From positions 11,520 through 75,519 of IMG/VR virus record IMGVR_UViG_2700988902_000001: 64,000 nucleotides of DNA; one strand, written 5' to 3'. Of this stretch, positions 27,944 through 36,713 are shown one piece after another. Each line of letters opens with the position of its first letter. Positions within the stretch are counted from its first letter, which is position 1. The stretch comes from Angelvirus px29 (lineage: Duplodnaviria; Heunggongvirae; Uroviricota; Caudoviricetes; Straboviridae). The notes beneath the pieces were generated by a model, which did not search any database, had not been told where the DNA came from, and saw only the letters and a program-made list of their open reading frames with translations. The position numbers and the translations under genes are program-made.

Positions 27944-27961
27944 TTATTTCTCCAATGAAAA

Positions 27962-27977
27962 AGGGCCCGAAGGCCCT
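27962..27977. terminator. Bidirectional UUCG/CGAA-tetraloop terminator
   Basis: AGGGCC-CGAA-GGCCCU flanked by T-runs on both strands. Confidence 0.6.
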
Positions 27978-27983
27978 TTGTTT

Positions 27984-28202
27984 TTAGATTTCACTCAGAT
28001 GTATACCGTTTATTGCTTCAACTTTGGTGCCGTCTCGCAACACAACATCAAATGAGTTATAGGCGTTTGCACAAATGATTGTTACGTGTTCGCCATACAC
28101 CTGTGCTTTCAACAGCTTACCGAACACTACATCACCATAAGAGAATTCCCACTCGGATGCGTCTACCATGTCCAGTTTAACGATTTTTGCTTTTGCTTGC
28201 AT
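27984..28202 (-). CDS. Hypothetical protein
   Basis: 72 aa ORF with SD and promoter (TTGCAC-N16-TATTAT at ~28215-28245) upstream. Confidence 0.45.
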   Translation of the reverse strand: MQAKAKIVKLDMVDASEWEFSYGDVVFGKLLKAQVYGEHVTIICANAYNSFDVVLRDGTKVEAINGIHLSEI

Positions 28203-28256
28203 TATGTTTTCCTCAGTTGTTTTGCTTCAATGAGGATATAATATCAGAACCACGGA

Positions 28257-28610
28257 TCAGTGCAAGCACTTTTTCATAAATTCGTGATGTTTTTTTCGAT
28301 TGAAGGTATATCCGAACTCAGGACGAGCCACTATACCTTCAAACAAAACGTGTTTCTTTGCTACCACTGTGACATCATAGCCGATCAGTTCGCGCTCGCC
28401 ATCAATATTCGGGACTTTGATCTCACGCTCTACCTGTTCTTGAACAACAACACCGTGAATAGTCCGGAACAAATAACCGGTAACTTTTTTCTTGATCATA
28501 ACGGGAATAGTGAAAAGCTCTTTGATTCGAATTCCTTCGATGTGACCATTAGCAATCATTTGTTGATAAACAGCCAGAGACGCTTTCCAATCTTCTTTCT
28601 TGATAAACAT
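28257..28610 (-). CDS. Hypothetical protein
   Basis: 117 aa ORF. Confidence 0.45.
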   Translation of the reverse strand: MFIKKEDWKASLAVYQQMIANGHIEGIRIKELFTIPVMIKKKVTGYLFRTIHGVVVQEQVEREIKVPNIDGERELIGYDVTVVAKKHVLFEGIVARPEFGYTFNRKKHHEFMKKCLH

Positions 28611-28619
28611 AGTATTTCC

Positions 28620-28847
28620 TTAAATCAGCTCAATGAATTTTGATGGGATATCTTCAAACAAAACACAATTCAACTCAAAGCTATATCCGTTTTCCGTCTC
28701 TTCAATTTCAAACTCGGTCTTTCGTTCGGCATGATAGAAGAAAACATGAATACCGTGAATACCAATAAGTCCATACAGATAATCACTTACATCGGATGAA
28801 ACAAAGGCTTCGATGTTGATTCCAAAATCTTTGATACGTGCTTTCAT
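28620..28847 (-). CDS. Hypothetical protein
   Basis: 75 aa ORF. Confidence 0.4.
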   Translation of the reverse strand: MKARIKDFGINIEAFVSSDVSDYLYGLIGIHGIHVFFYHAERKTEFEIEETENGYSFELNCVLFEDIPSKFIELI

Positions 28848-29293
28848 TAACGACCCTCACGACAAGAAATAAAACCAAAGATACCATGAGCGGATGCTTG
28901 GCTCATTGCGGAACGCCAATCGGAAACGTTACCACGAACATACTTAGAAGCAGCTTTCCAGCCATTCGCTTTCATGATGTTACCGTTTTCCAAGTCAACA
29001 AACCACACAACACTTCTGGAGCTACCGTTGTAATCAGCGCGATAAACTCGGGCATTCTTACGACCGTATTCTACACCGTAGACATTGCGATTAAGGTTTT
29101 GCTTCATGAAACATTTAACGTGGTCTTCATCATAACGCTTTTTCATGTCAGGGATAAGAATGTTCCAGTAATGATTTTCACTGAACTCATTCATTTCACG
29201 GATCATTTGCTCGATTGCTGCTTTCATGATGTTTTCCTCAATGTTTCGTTTCGATGTGGCCATAATAACAGATACAGCCACACGCGCAAGCAC
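28847..29293 (-). CDS. Hypothetical protein
   Basis: 148 aa track ORF. Likely true start MKAAIEQMIREM (~126 aa), preceded by promoter TTGCGC-N16-TATTAT at ~29240-29275. Confidence 0.5.
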   Translation of the reverse strand: MLARVAVSVIMATSKRNIEENIMKAAIEQMIREMNEFSENHYWNILIPDMKKRYDEDHVKCFMKQNLNRNVYGVEYGRKNARVYRADYNGSSRSVVWFVDLENGNIMKANGWKAASKYVRGNVSDWRSAMSQASAHGIFGFISCREGR

Positions 29294-29301
29294 TTTCTTA
29301 A

Positions 29302-29874
29302 TTATTTTTCGATACCAGTGGTATTATAGTTGTGATCGATTTTATCGAAAAATTCGTTTACCAGTTCTTTCATTTCTTCATTATGCAACGGACAATCTCG
29401 ATTCACTCGACGGAACACATTACCCGGTATGTGTTGTGGACAAGTGCAGTGCGGCAAATTGTACTTGTGGAAAGACGAATCGATATCAAAACCCCAGAGA
29501 GATTGCAATTCGTATTCGATATCCCGTAGCCAAGCAAGATGATCAGCAATGCGTTGTTTCTGAACTACTTGACCAACAGTTCCAACATTGTAAAGTTCCT
29601 CGTTCTTTAGACGCTTTACATGCAAATCGCGATATCGTTGCAGTTGATCGATCTTGAGAATCGTTTCGTCTGATAGACCCCGAGAGATAGCCAGATCCAG
29701 ATTAACGGTAGTATGACGCTGTTTGATAGCGCGTTCCCATTGTTCGGCCATATATGCAATGATCTTTTGTGCATTCGGTCGATCTTTCGCTTCAAACGCA
29801 CCAAGCAGTTTCAGCGCGTCTTTCTGTGCGATATTGATACGAAGTTTATCCGTATCGGTAATCAGTTTTTTCAT
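29302..29874 (-). CDS. Hypothetical protein with cysteine/histidine-rich C-terminus
   Basis: 190 aa. C-terminal ..PHCTCPQH..CPLHNEE.. suggests possible metal binding. Confidence 0.5.
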   Translation of the reverse strand: MKKLITDTDKLRINIAQKDALKLLGAFEAKDRPNAQKIIAYMAEQWERAIKQRHTTVNLDLAISRGLSDETILKIDQLQRYRDLHVKRLKNEELYNVGTVGQVVQKQRIADHLAWLRDIEYELQSLWGFDIDSSFHKYNLPHCTCPQHIPGNVFRRVNRDCPLHNEEMKELVNEFFDKIDHNYNTTGIEK

Positions 29875-30098
29875 TTGACAAATTCCATCAGTTGTTGTTC
29901 GAAACCACGAGCGTTAGCATAAGAAACAACGTCTTCTCCACCCGCGATCATGTGACGACGCAGAGATTCCAAAAAGTAATCGAACTCGCTAAAACCAACA
30001 GAACTTTGCATTTTCAAATGCCAGTTGATTTTTTGATCCAGTTCGGTCAGATTGATTGTGTGATGTTTCCAATGAAATATTCGATTTTGACCTTTCAT
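29871..30098 (-). CDS. Hypothetical protein
   Basis: 75 aa ORF overlapping its neighbour by 4 nt. Confidence 0.4.
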   Translation of the reverse strand: MKGQNRIFHWKHHTINLTELDQKINWHLKMQSSVGFSEFDYFLESLRRHMIAGGEDVVSYANARGFEQQLMEFVK

Positions 30099-30152
30099 AA
30101 CAATCTCCTTTTAAGATGGGAGCATTATTACATGCTCCCGGATTTTCGTCAA

Positions 30153-31070
30153 TCACTTTTTACCAACAAACCAAGCAACTACCAGAGAGAAAGTGCGATC
30201 AGCGTTTTTGCAACCGGCAGCTTCATAAGCAGCGATGAATTCCGCTTTGGTCTTGATCCCGTTTTCCCAGATTTGAACAGCGGTCTTGGACGGTTTGTGA
30301 GCAACCAACAGACCACTCGGAGCCATGTGACGCTTCGGGGTAGCGACTGCGGTATTAGCAGCAACTGGCAGAGCTTTAGGAGCTACTACAGCAACAGGAG
30401 TAACAACCTTGGCTTTAGCAATAGCAACTTTCTTCTGAGTGTCAACCACGTTAGTTTTAACAGTGTAAGGAGCGACTTCGTTATCACGGGTCGGAACAAC
30501 ATTCATTGCAGTTTTCTGAACTTCGCCAACAAAGTGAGATTTGTCCAGACGACGGGAAACGCCGTTAACAGTGGTCAAGTAGTAATGACCTGCCATCACT
30601 TTGTTATGACGAACTTGACCGAGTTTAATAGATTTACCGTGAACATTGTATTCATATTCAGCGGTGGCCAGTTCCAGTTGGTGATAAGTGTGAGCTTGAC
30701 CACCCAGCATTTCATGCAGGAACTTCCAACGAGAGTCATGACCGCTTTTTTGACGCTGAACATAATCAACAACGTGAGCGATTTCATGGCTAACTGTTTC
30801 GTCCAGCATATGCCACCAAGCTTTTTCGTTCATGATCATCATGTTGACGTTGAAACGAATGGCATACTTGCGAGAGTCAAAACCACCAGCTTTGCGACCA
30901 GTCATAACAGCTTGACCAGCGGCACGACCTTTCAGATTGAATTCAACTTTCAGATTCTTACCGATTACCAGATTCGCGTCGAAGTGTTCGTTTGCCATTT
31001 TCAGATCGTGATTGATGCGAGCGGTCAGAGCAGCGATGGCGTTTTGTTTCATTTCGATTGTAGTCAGCAT
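30153..31070 (-). CDS. SprT-like zinc metalloprotease domain protein
   Basis: 305 aa with HEIAHVVDY (HExxH) in an SprT-like context (..WWHMLDETVSHEIAH..). The C-terminal half is basic and Ala/Val-rich. Confidence 0.65.
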   Translation of the reverse strand: MLTTIEMKQNAIAALTARINHDLKMANEHFDANLVIGKNLKVEFNLKGRAAGQAVMTGRKAGGFDSRKYAIRFNVNMMIMNEKAWWHMLDETVSHEIAHVVDYVQRQKSGHDSRWKFLHEMLGGQAHTYHQLELATAEYEYNVHGKSIKLGQVRHNKVMAGHYYLTTVNGVSRRLDKSHFVGEVQKTAMNVVPTRDNEVAPYTVKTNVVDTQKKVAIAKAKVVTPVAVVAPKALPVAANTAVATPKRHMAPSGLLVAHKPSKTAVQIWENGIKTKAEFIAAYEAAGCKNADRTFSLVVAWFVGKK

Positions 31071-31109
31071 GATGTTTTCCTCAGTTGTGTATCTCGTTTC
31101 GATGTAGCT

Positions 31110-31137
31110 ATATTAACAGAAACCGGATTCTGTGCAA
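31110..31137 (-). promoter_or_regulatory. Sigma70-like early promoter + conserved leader
   Basis: Minus strand AAAGTCC-TTGCAC-N16-TAATAT-AGCTACATCGAAACGAG..GAGGAAAACATC-ATG. Confidence 0.6.
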
Positions 31138-31155
31138 GGACTTTTCCGGATAAAA

Positions 31156-31181
31156 TAAAAAAAAACCACCCGAAGGTGGTT
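31156..31181 (-). terminator. Rho-independent terminator
   Basis: ACCACC-UUCG-GGUGGU followed by U9. Confidence 0.8.
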
Positions 31182-31477
31182 TAGACTTTCTTTGTAGCCA
31201 TTTTCAGCAAGTGCCTGAGTTGTGCGCTATCAATATTCGTTTTGATTTGTTCTGCCAAATCAGCTGGGTTTAAATCTGGCAGTGCATCGGCATACGCTTG
31301 ATAAACATCATCGGCACTGTCAAACCCACGATATCGCTTGATTCGATTCTTGGTTATTGACCGCATCAAGGACGATTCGAATTGATCTCGATAGATTCCA
31401 GATTTTACCACCATTCGATCAATAAAAGCGGCGATATGATAGAGAACATACAACAAGACAAATTGAACGTATTTCAT
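31181..31477 (-). CDS. Hypothetical protein
   Basis: 98 aa with hydrophobic N-terminus. Confidence 0.4.
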   Translation of the reverse strand: MKYVQFVLLYVLYHIAAFIDRMVVKSGIYRDQFESSLMRSITKNRIKRYRGFDSADDVYQAYADALPDLNPADLAEQIKTNIDSAQLRHLLKMATKKV

Positions 31478-31519
31478 ACTTCTCCTTAAATGAAAAGAGG
31501 GCTTTCGCCCTCTTATTGA

Positions 31520-32467
31520 TTACTGCATTTGTTTCAGAAACAGAGGAGCTTGACCGTTGCCCATCATAGTGAAGTTAGCAGGAACTTGACCATTCCAACC
31601 TTCACCAGCTTGTTTCATTTGAACTTCCAGACGCTTCAGCTCGATAATCTGCGGAGTCAGAGAAGATGCCAATTTCTGGTTACCAATCGCGGTTTGTTCA
31701 GCCATGTAACGATCTGCATCAGCTTTTTGTTTTACGCCATCAGCATATGCTTTGGCTTCCACGAATGTCTTGTAAGCTTCTGCTTCAAACTTCGCTTTGT
31801 TCGCGGCAGCGTTACCCTTAGCGGTTGCTTCGGTAGTCTGTGCGGCAGTGGTAGCGATTCGCAGTTGAGATTTCTCAGCTTCTTCTTTCTGAATTCGATC
31901 TTGAGTTTGCAGAATCTGATTCTGAATACGCGGATCGAAAGTTACGTCCTGAATCAGAATTTCTTGCAGAGTGATACCGGTTCCAGTCAATGCTTCTTGC
32001 AGGCGACGCTTGGTATTCTCTTGCATGGTGGTAACGTTGAAACTGTCAGCCAGACCACGTGAATCCGCAATTTTACGACCTTCGTCTTTGATAATGCTGG
32101 TCAGGAACTGAGACATCGCTTTATCAACAAACATTTCCATAGTACCGTAGTTCTTTTTGATGAACGGGGTCTTGGAGTTATCAACACGATACAGAACGGC
32201 AACGTTCGCGGTACTGTTGAAACGGTCTTTGGTCGGAATCAACAGATTCTCTTTAACAAACTTGTTGTTACGAGTGTCGAAAGTATCGAATCCCATCAGC
32301 GGGTTTACAAAGTGCAAACCTTCTTCCAGAGGACGATCTTGAACTTCACCCATGATGGTACCGACTTTGGTAGTACCAGCATCAACGATTGTGTAAGAGT
32401 TCATTGCCAGAATAGCAGCAAACAGACCACCAACAGCAACACCACCAAGTTTAAACATATCGTTCAT
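31520..32467 (-). CDS. SPFH (stomatin/prohibitin/flotillin/HflKC, band-7) domain protein
   Basis: 315 aa. N-terminal TM (LGGVAVGGLFAAILAM), band-7 core, long C-terminal Ala/Glu/Lys-rich coiled coil. Confidence 0.8.
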   Translation of the reverse strand: MNDMFKLGGVAVGGLFAAILAMNSYTIVDAGTTKVGTIMGEVQDRPLEEGLHFVNPLMGFDTFDTRNNKFVKENLLIPTKDRFNSTANVAVLYRVDNSKTPFIKKNYGTMEMFVDKAMSQFLTSIIKDEGRKIADSRGLADSFNVTTMQENTKRRLQEALTGTGITLQEILIQDVTFDPRIQNQILQTQDRIQKEEAEKSQLRIATTAAQTTEATAKGNAAANKAKFEAEAYKTFVEAKAYADGVKQKADADRYMAEQTAIGNQKLASSLTPQIIELKRLEVQMKQAGEGWNGQVPANFTMMGNGQAPLFLKQMQ

Positions 32468-32811
32468 TAAACAATCCTTTTATATTCTCCCATAACATCT
32501 TGATAATTTTCGACGTTAAAAGCTGGGAGAGAGCAGCTTAGATTAGAATCACAAAAGTGATTCACCAGTTGATCGATAACAGCATCATTAAGACGGAAGT
32601 TATCGGCTTCGTAAGTTTCCCAGGCATCACGTATCATTTGTTCGGTGACTGAGAAACAGAAATTGTTAACACCATACACTCTGATTTCGATTTCTTTGTT
32701 ATCAAACAAAGCAATCAGATTTTGAACATTCGGGCTAGTAACCATGTTTGCGCGAGTTGCATTGTAGATACCACGAGCATTGATTTTAGCTTTTACAGTA
32801 ACAAAGTGCAT
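32467..32811 (-). CDS. Hypothetical protein
   Basis: 114 aa. Promoter with AGAGCCAT/ATGGCTCT IR upstream. Confidence 0.45.
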   Translation of the reverse strand: MHFVTVKAKINARGIYNATRANMVTSPNVQNLIALFDNKEIEIRVYGVNNFCFSVTEQMIRDAWETYEADNFRLNDAVIDQLVNHFCDSNLSCSLPAFNVENYQDVMGEYKRIV

Positions 32812-32824
32812 AATGTATTCCTCA

Positions 32825-32859
32825 TTCGTTATTTGATAGAGCCATTATTGCATGGCTCT
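32825..32859 (-). promoter_or_regulatory. Early promoter with -10 inside an 8-bp-stem/6-nt-loop inverted repeat
   Basis: TTGACT-N17-AATAAT. IR AGAGCCAT-GCAATA-ATGGCTCT. Confidence 0.55.
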
Positions 32860-32879
32860 GTGCGTTAGTCAACAACTTT

Positions 32880-33167
32880 TTATTCGGCTTTACAAATCAT
32901 TGTGAGTTGCATAACCTTTTCAGAATCACCAGCACCAGACAACCAAGCGGTGTGATCCCATTGCTCAGTGATAGAAGCATTGGTGAACATCTTAGAACGA
33001 GACAGGTCGCGCTCGATTGCTTGCAGTGTGCCAACGTAGTCGGAAGTAACAACAATCATGTTATTGCCTTCACATTTACCATCGAAGTTAACGATGATTT
33101 GCACATTACGAACAGAGTATTTGCGAGTTGCGAACAGTGCTTTGAATTCGGCGGCTACGTTTTTCAT
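32880..33167 (-). CDS. Hypothetical protein
   Basis: 95 aa. Confidence 0.45.
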   Translation of the reverse strand: MKNVAAEFKALFATRKYSVRNVQIIVNFDGKCEGNNMIVVTSDYVGTLQAIERDLSRSKMFTNASITEQWDHTAWLSGAGDSEKVMQLTMICKAE

Positions 33168-33196
33168 GATGTATTCCTCAGTTGTCTTGATTTGAT

Positions 33197-33231
33197 AGAG
33201 ACATTATCGCATGTCTCTTGGCGTTCGTCAA
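33197..33231 (-). promoter_or_regulatory. Early promoter with -10 inside an inverted repeat
   Basis: TTGACG-N17-GATAAT. IR AGAGACAT-GCGATA-ATGTCTCT (centre covaries relative to 32825). Confidence 0.55.
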
Positions 33232-33254
33232 CAACTTTCAAAAAACTTTTTCAA

Positions 33255-33656
33255 TTAACTGCGATCATCATCCAGTGATGGTTCATCCCAGTAATCATCC
33301 ATTTCAAGAGGATAATCCCAAGAGCCAGAATCGGTATTTCGTTGCTTGATAATATCGAGTTCTTTGCACATTTTCACATAACGATCCGCAGCTTTCTTTT
33401 TGAAGAACAACCGGTGATAGTTATAATTGTTGATTTCGCCAACGTTGCAATCACCAAGGCTGAAATCGCTATCGAATTTACCGATAGTACCATCAGAGAA
33501 TACAAACCCAGCTCGAACAAAGATGTATCCAGTTCTTGGACTCACATACGGACGCGAACGAACAATGTATTTGGTAACGAATGAGTGTTCACCAAGAGCG
33601 TGAGCATAGTAAACAGTCTGACCAGCTTTGATATTCTTTGCTTTCATCTTTTTCAT
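33255..33656 (-). CDS. Hypothetical protein
   Basis: 133 aa. Confidence 0.45.
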   Translation of the reverse strand: MKKMKAKNIKAGQTVYYAHALGEHSFVTKYIVRSRPYVSPRTGYIFVRAGFVFSDGTIGKFDSDFSLGDCNVGEINNYNYHRLFFKKKAADRYVKMCKELDIIKQRNTDSGSWDYPLEMDDYWDEPSLDDDRS

Positions 33657-33659
33657 GAT

Positions 33660-33968
33660 TTATTCCTCATAGCTTTTGATTGAATTGATAATGCTTTCGA
33701 TGAATTCTAGATCCGCATCTTCGAAGATAGTTGGTTCCAGATTATCGGTAACGTCATTATAATAATAAACAGTATATCCGAAAATCTTTGGATAAACAAC
33801 TAACATCTTAGAGACTGGCATTCTGATGTAGACAGAATTCCCCGGAAACGCTATCGATCTATAACCATTGTATCCCAGCATTTTAAAGAAAGCAATGAGT
33901 TTTTCGCATTTTCTTTCTTTGATGAACTCAAACATTATTTGGCCCAACCCGGTTTGTAACATTCCCAA
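33660..33968 (-). CDS. Hypothetical protein
   Basis: 102 aa. Confidence 0.4.
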   Translation of the reverse strand: MGMLQTGLGQIMFEFIKERKCEKLIAFFKMLGYNGYRSIAFPGNSVYIRMPVSKMLVVYPKIFGYTVYYYNDVTDNLEPTIFEDADLEFIESIINSIKSYEE

Positions 33969-34198
33969 GTGATTTCGATGTCACATTCATCAGCGATTTG
34001 TTGCGCGGTTTCGTGTGCATCGACCAAACTATCTTCGAAATCTTCGAAAATCTCTTGACCAAAAACATCTTCGGCAGCACCAGTTGCTTTAACACCGTAA
34101 TGCTCTTCCAAAACATCTTCATCTTGATCAACAACAGCTTCATAAGAATAGATGATAACTTGAGTGATTTCTTTGGTCATGATACTTTCTTCTGTCTT
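33935..34198 (-). CDS. Hypothetical acidic protein
   Basis: Likely start MTKEITQVIIYSYEAV, Asp/Glu-rich. Promoter TTGACG-N16-TATAAT at 34202-34236. Confidence 0.4.
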   Translation of the reverse strand, partial: KTEESIMTKEITQVIIYSYEAVVDQDEDVLEEHYGVKATGAAEDVFGQEIFEDFEDSLVDAHETAQQIADECDIEITWECYKPGWAK

Positions 34199-34201
34199 GA
34201 T

Positions 34202-34236
34202 ATGGCTCATTATACAGTAACGAGCCATACCGTCAA
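34202..34236 (-). promoter_or_regulatory. Early promoter with a perfect TATAAT in the loop of an inverted repeat
   Basis: IR ATGGCTC(..TATAAT..)GAGCCAT. The arms are in everted order relative to the 32825 class. Confidence 0.55.
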
Positions 34237-34239
34237 GCA

Positions 34240-35169
34240 TTAAGAAAAGATAATTCGAACTTTTTTCTTAAAAATTTTCCACTTCAAATCGCTGATAATC
34301 GCATTCATGATAGGCATGATCTGCTTGTAACGATCTGCGCTTTCTGTGCTAGTACCATGAGCGTTTCTGATTCGCTCTTTAAACTTCTTATAGGTAATGC
34401 CATTCTGACAACCAGCACTCACACAAACCTCATTTTCATGAGTAAAGAACAACACGTTGCGACCGTACTTTCCACACCCAGCAAGCATGAAATGATCACC
34501 GAGATTCAATTCAGCGCGATCCGGCAGCTTAGTATTAGACAGTTTGACACTCTCGCCAATCTTAGCCGAACCAGCTTGAACGGAATGCAAATCAACACAT
34601 TGATCGATAACACTATAATCACCAATCGATGATTTGTCAATAGACACAGAACGTTTGATCTCGCTATCTCGTCCGATATTAGAACGACTAATATTAACTC
34701 CATCCCATAGATGCGTATTGTAACCGATTTTGGTACCGGTACCTAATGTGCAACTCGAACCGATTCTAGCACCACTACAAATACAACATCTTTCATAAAT
34801 CGATGTATTGTAACCGATTCTGACGCTGTTTTGAATAAGAGTATTCGACATAATCAAAACGTTCATGCCGATTTGAACTCCATCTGAAATCATTACATCG
34901 TCTTTGATTCGAGCGCGACCTTCGATCACGCAATTCTCACCGATATAACAGCTTCCGAGTTTGGAACTCATTATATGAGGATAGAAAGTGGTACCTTTAC
35001 CTACCCACAATCTTTCTGTGGTTTTAGGCAACTTGACAAAACTTTCAATCTTGGCACCAACATCGCCAGCTTTAACAAATTTGTCGCGACTAGCGGCAGG
35101 ATGATAAAAGTTGTAATCTACTAACGCTTCGATGCAACCATCTTCATTGATTTTCCAGAGTTCAGTCAT
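34240..35169 (-). CDS. Hexapeptide-repeat (left-handed beta-helix) acyl/acetyltransferase-like protein
   Basis: 309 aa with >10 consecutive [LIV]-G-x-x-x-x hexapeptide repeats (..VRIGYNTSIYERCCICSGARIGSSCTLGTGTKIGYNTHLWDGVNISRSNIGRDSEI..). Confidence 0.7.
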   Translation of the reverse strand: MTELWKINEDGCIEALVDYNFYHPAASRDKFVKAGDVGAKIESFVKLPKTTERLWVGKGTTFYPHIMSSKLGSCYIGENCVIEGRARIKDDVMISDGVQIGMNVLIMSNTLIQNSVRIGYNTSIYERCCICSGARIGSSCTLGTGTKIGYNTHLWDGVNISRSNIGRDSEIKRSVSIDKSSIGDYSVIDQCVDLHSVQAGSAKIGESVKLSNTKLPDRAELNLGDHFMLAGCGKYGRNVLFFTHENEVCVSAGCQNGITYKKFKERIRNAHGTSTESADRYKQIMPIMNAIISDLKWKIFKKKVRIIFS

Positions 35170-35450
35170 AGATCTTTGTCCAGTTTGATTAGAGTCTTAA
35201 CAAAAGCAATTGCACCTTTGATATGATTGATTTCAACCACTTCTGGTGTGCAATCATTTGTAATCTTGTATTGCATTAGACCGGGAGTAACCCAAAGCTT
35301 CATGCACTCCAACGAGACAACACAGCAATCACGATACCGTTCGAATGCAATATTTTCTTTCTTGAGTCGCTTTGCTAGTTCATCAACTCGCCGCTTCATA
35401 ATCATTTTCTTGATATCTGCGATCAACATACGGTTACCTTTGCATTCCAC
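35166..35450 (-). CDS. Hypothetical protein
   Basis: 94 aa. Confidence 0.45.
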   Translation of the reverse strand: MECKGNRMLIADIKKMIMKRRVDELAKRLKKENIAFERYRDCCVVSLECMKLWVTPGLMQYKITNDCTPEVVEINHIKGAIAFVKTLIKLDKDL

Positions 35451-35728
35451 GCTTGAATCGCTTGAATCATTTCAACATCCGAACCAAAGATAGTCGATAC
35501 TTTATCACACATACGCTTCTTATAGCTTGCAGTAGAGATACAACGGAAGTTTGTTTGCTTCACAAAGATATCAGCGATTGCTTGTGCCTGAACGTGATCT
35601 GAAATCCATACTTCCAGCTTAAAGCGATTACCGAATTCAGTAGAACTAACTACAACGTTGTGATAACTGTAACTCAGCTTCTCTAACAGTTGCTTTACAA
35701 CAATTTGAAGTTCTTGCTTGGTAGTCAT
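35423..35728 (-). CDS. Hypothetical protein
   Basis: 101 aa. Confidence 0.45.
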   Translation of the reverse strand: MTTKQELQIVVKQLLEKLSYSYHNVVVSSTEFGNRFKLEVWISDHVQAQAIADIFVKQTNFRCISTASYKKRMCDKVSTIFGSDVEMIQAIQAWNAKVTVC

Positions 35729-35911
35729 ACGTTAGTCTCCAGAACATAGATGGAATGCAAAATGCTTTCGATTTCTTTTTCCCATACATCACGCTTATCT
35801 GCGCCTTCGGGTGTCCACACTTCATCATAAGATGATTCGATTTGATTTTGCAGATACTTGATTTGTGAACTCAGGACTTCGATTGCTACTTTGTTTTGCA
35901 TGATTATTTCC

Positions 35912-36143
35912 TCAGAATTTTTCGATGTTAGATTTTACAAACTCAACAACCTGTGCAGTCAGCTTTTTACCAAGCTTCTTGCTAGAACCCGGACGACCAG
36001 TGTTAGCATAAACAGTGGCAGTGCCGTTAACGTCAAACACTCGAACATAGATACCGTTGACCCATACCGCAACTTCGATCTTACCATTCATTTCTTGCTT
36101 AGAGAATTGAGCAACACTGATAGTTTCGATTTGCTTGATCATG
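35912..36143 (-). CDS. Hypothetical protein
   Basis: True start probably MIKQIETI with SD CAGAGGAAAAT. The upstream part of the track ORF covers promoter TTGCGT-N16-TATTAT and an 11-bp IR CTTGCGTCTTG/CAAGACGCAAG at ~36170-36217. Confidence 0.45.
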
Positions 36144-36232
36144 ATATTTTCCTCTGTTCGTGTGTTTGACGTCTTGCGTCTTGATGTAGGTATAATATCA
36201 AACCGGTACCAAGACGCAAGCTCTTTTTTCAC

Positions 36233-36466
36233 TTAATCCAAATAAACTTTTGGACCATAGTGTTCATAACCTTCGCGAATCAAGAATTCGCATTCTTGAC
36301 CTTCTCGTTCTTCGTCATGAACATAGGTACCAGTCCACTCCCAAGCACCATCTTCACTGCGAACCGGCTTGGTCTTACACACAAATCGAGCAACATGAAA
36401 GCCATAACACTCAACAAACGGAGTACCAACTTCCAGTTTCTTCACACATTCTTCAATTTTACTCAC
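36233..36466 (-). CDS. Hypothetical protein
   Basis: 77 aa, GTG start per the track. Confidence 0.45.
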   Translation of the reverse strand: MSKIEECVKKLEVGTPFVECYGFHVARFVCKTKPVRSEDGAWEWTGTYVHDEEREGQECEFLIREGYEHYGPKVYLD

Positions 36467-36713
36467 TCAAAAACCCCTTAGTATCAAGAACTTTACACGC
36501 TTCGCGAACTGCTTCGATGCTTTCGCTAATGCTTTCATCGTGACCGTATACAGCAATATGACGCATCACCTTGTCCATTGCACCCGGCAGATTGTTGTTG
36601 TAGATCGCAGACACCGGATCTTTCAGCGGACGATGCTTAAAGAAAGTCGCCAGCATGATCTTGTTTACGTGATCTTTAGTCTCTTGCCAATAACTCATTA
36701 GATAATCCCACAA
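36459..36713 (-). CDS. Hypothetical protein
   Basis: 84 aa. Confidence 0.45.
   Translation of the reverse strand: MWDYLMSYWQETKDHVNKIMLATFFKHRPLKDPVSAIYNNNLPGAMDKVMRHIAVYGHDESISESIEAVREACKVLDTKGFLSE

Noticed and set aside
36170-36466. Exact nucleotide coordinates near 36.2-36.4 kb
   Set aside because: Hand translation of the text disagreed with the ORF-track protein by 1-4 nt in this stretch (an apparent extra AAAT and a missing G), so I could not make them consistent. I therefore kept the ORF-track coordinates for CDSs and treat the motif coordinates here as approximate.
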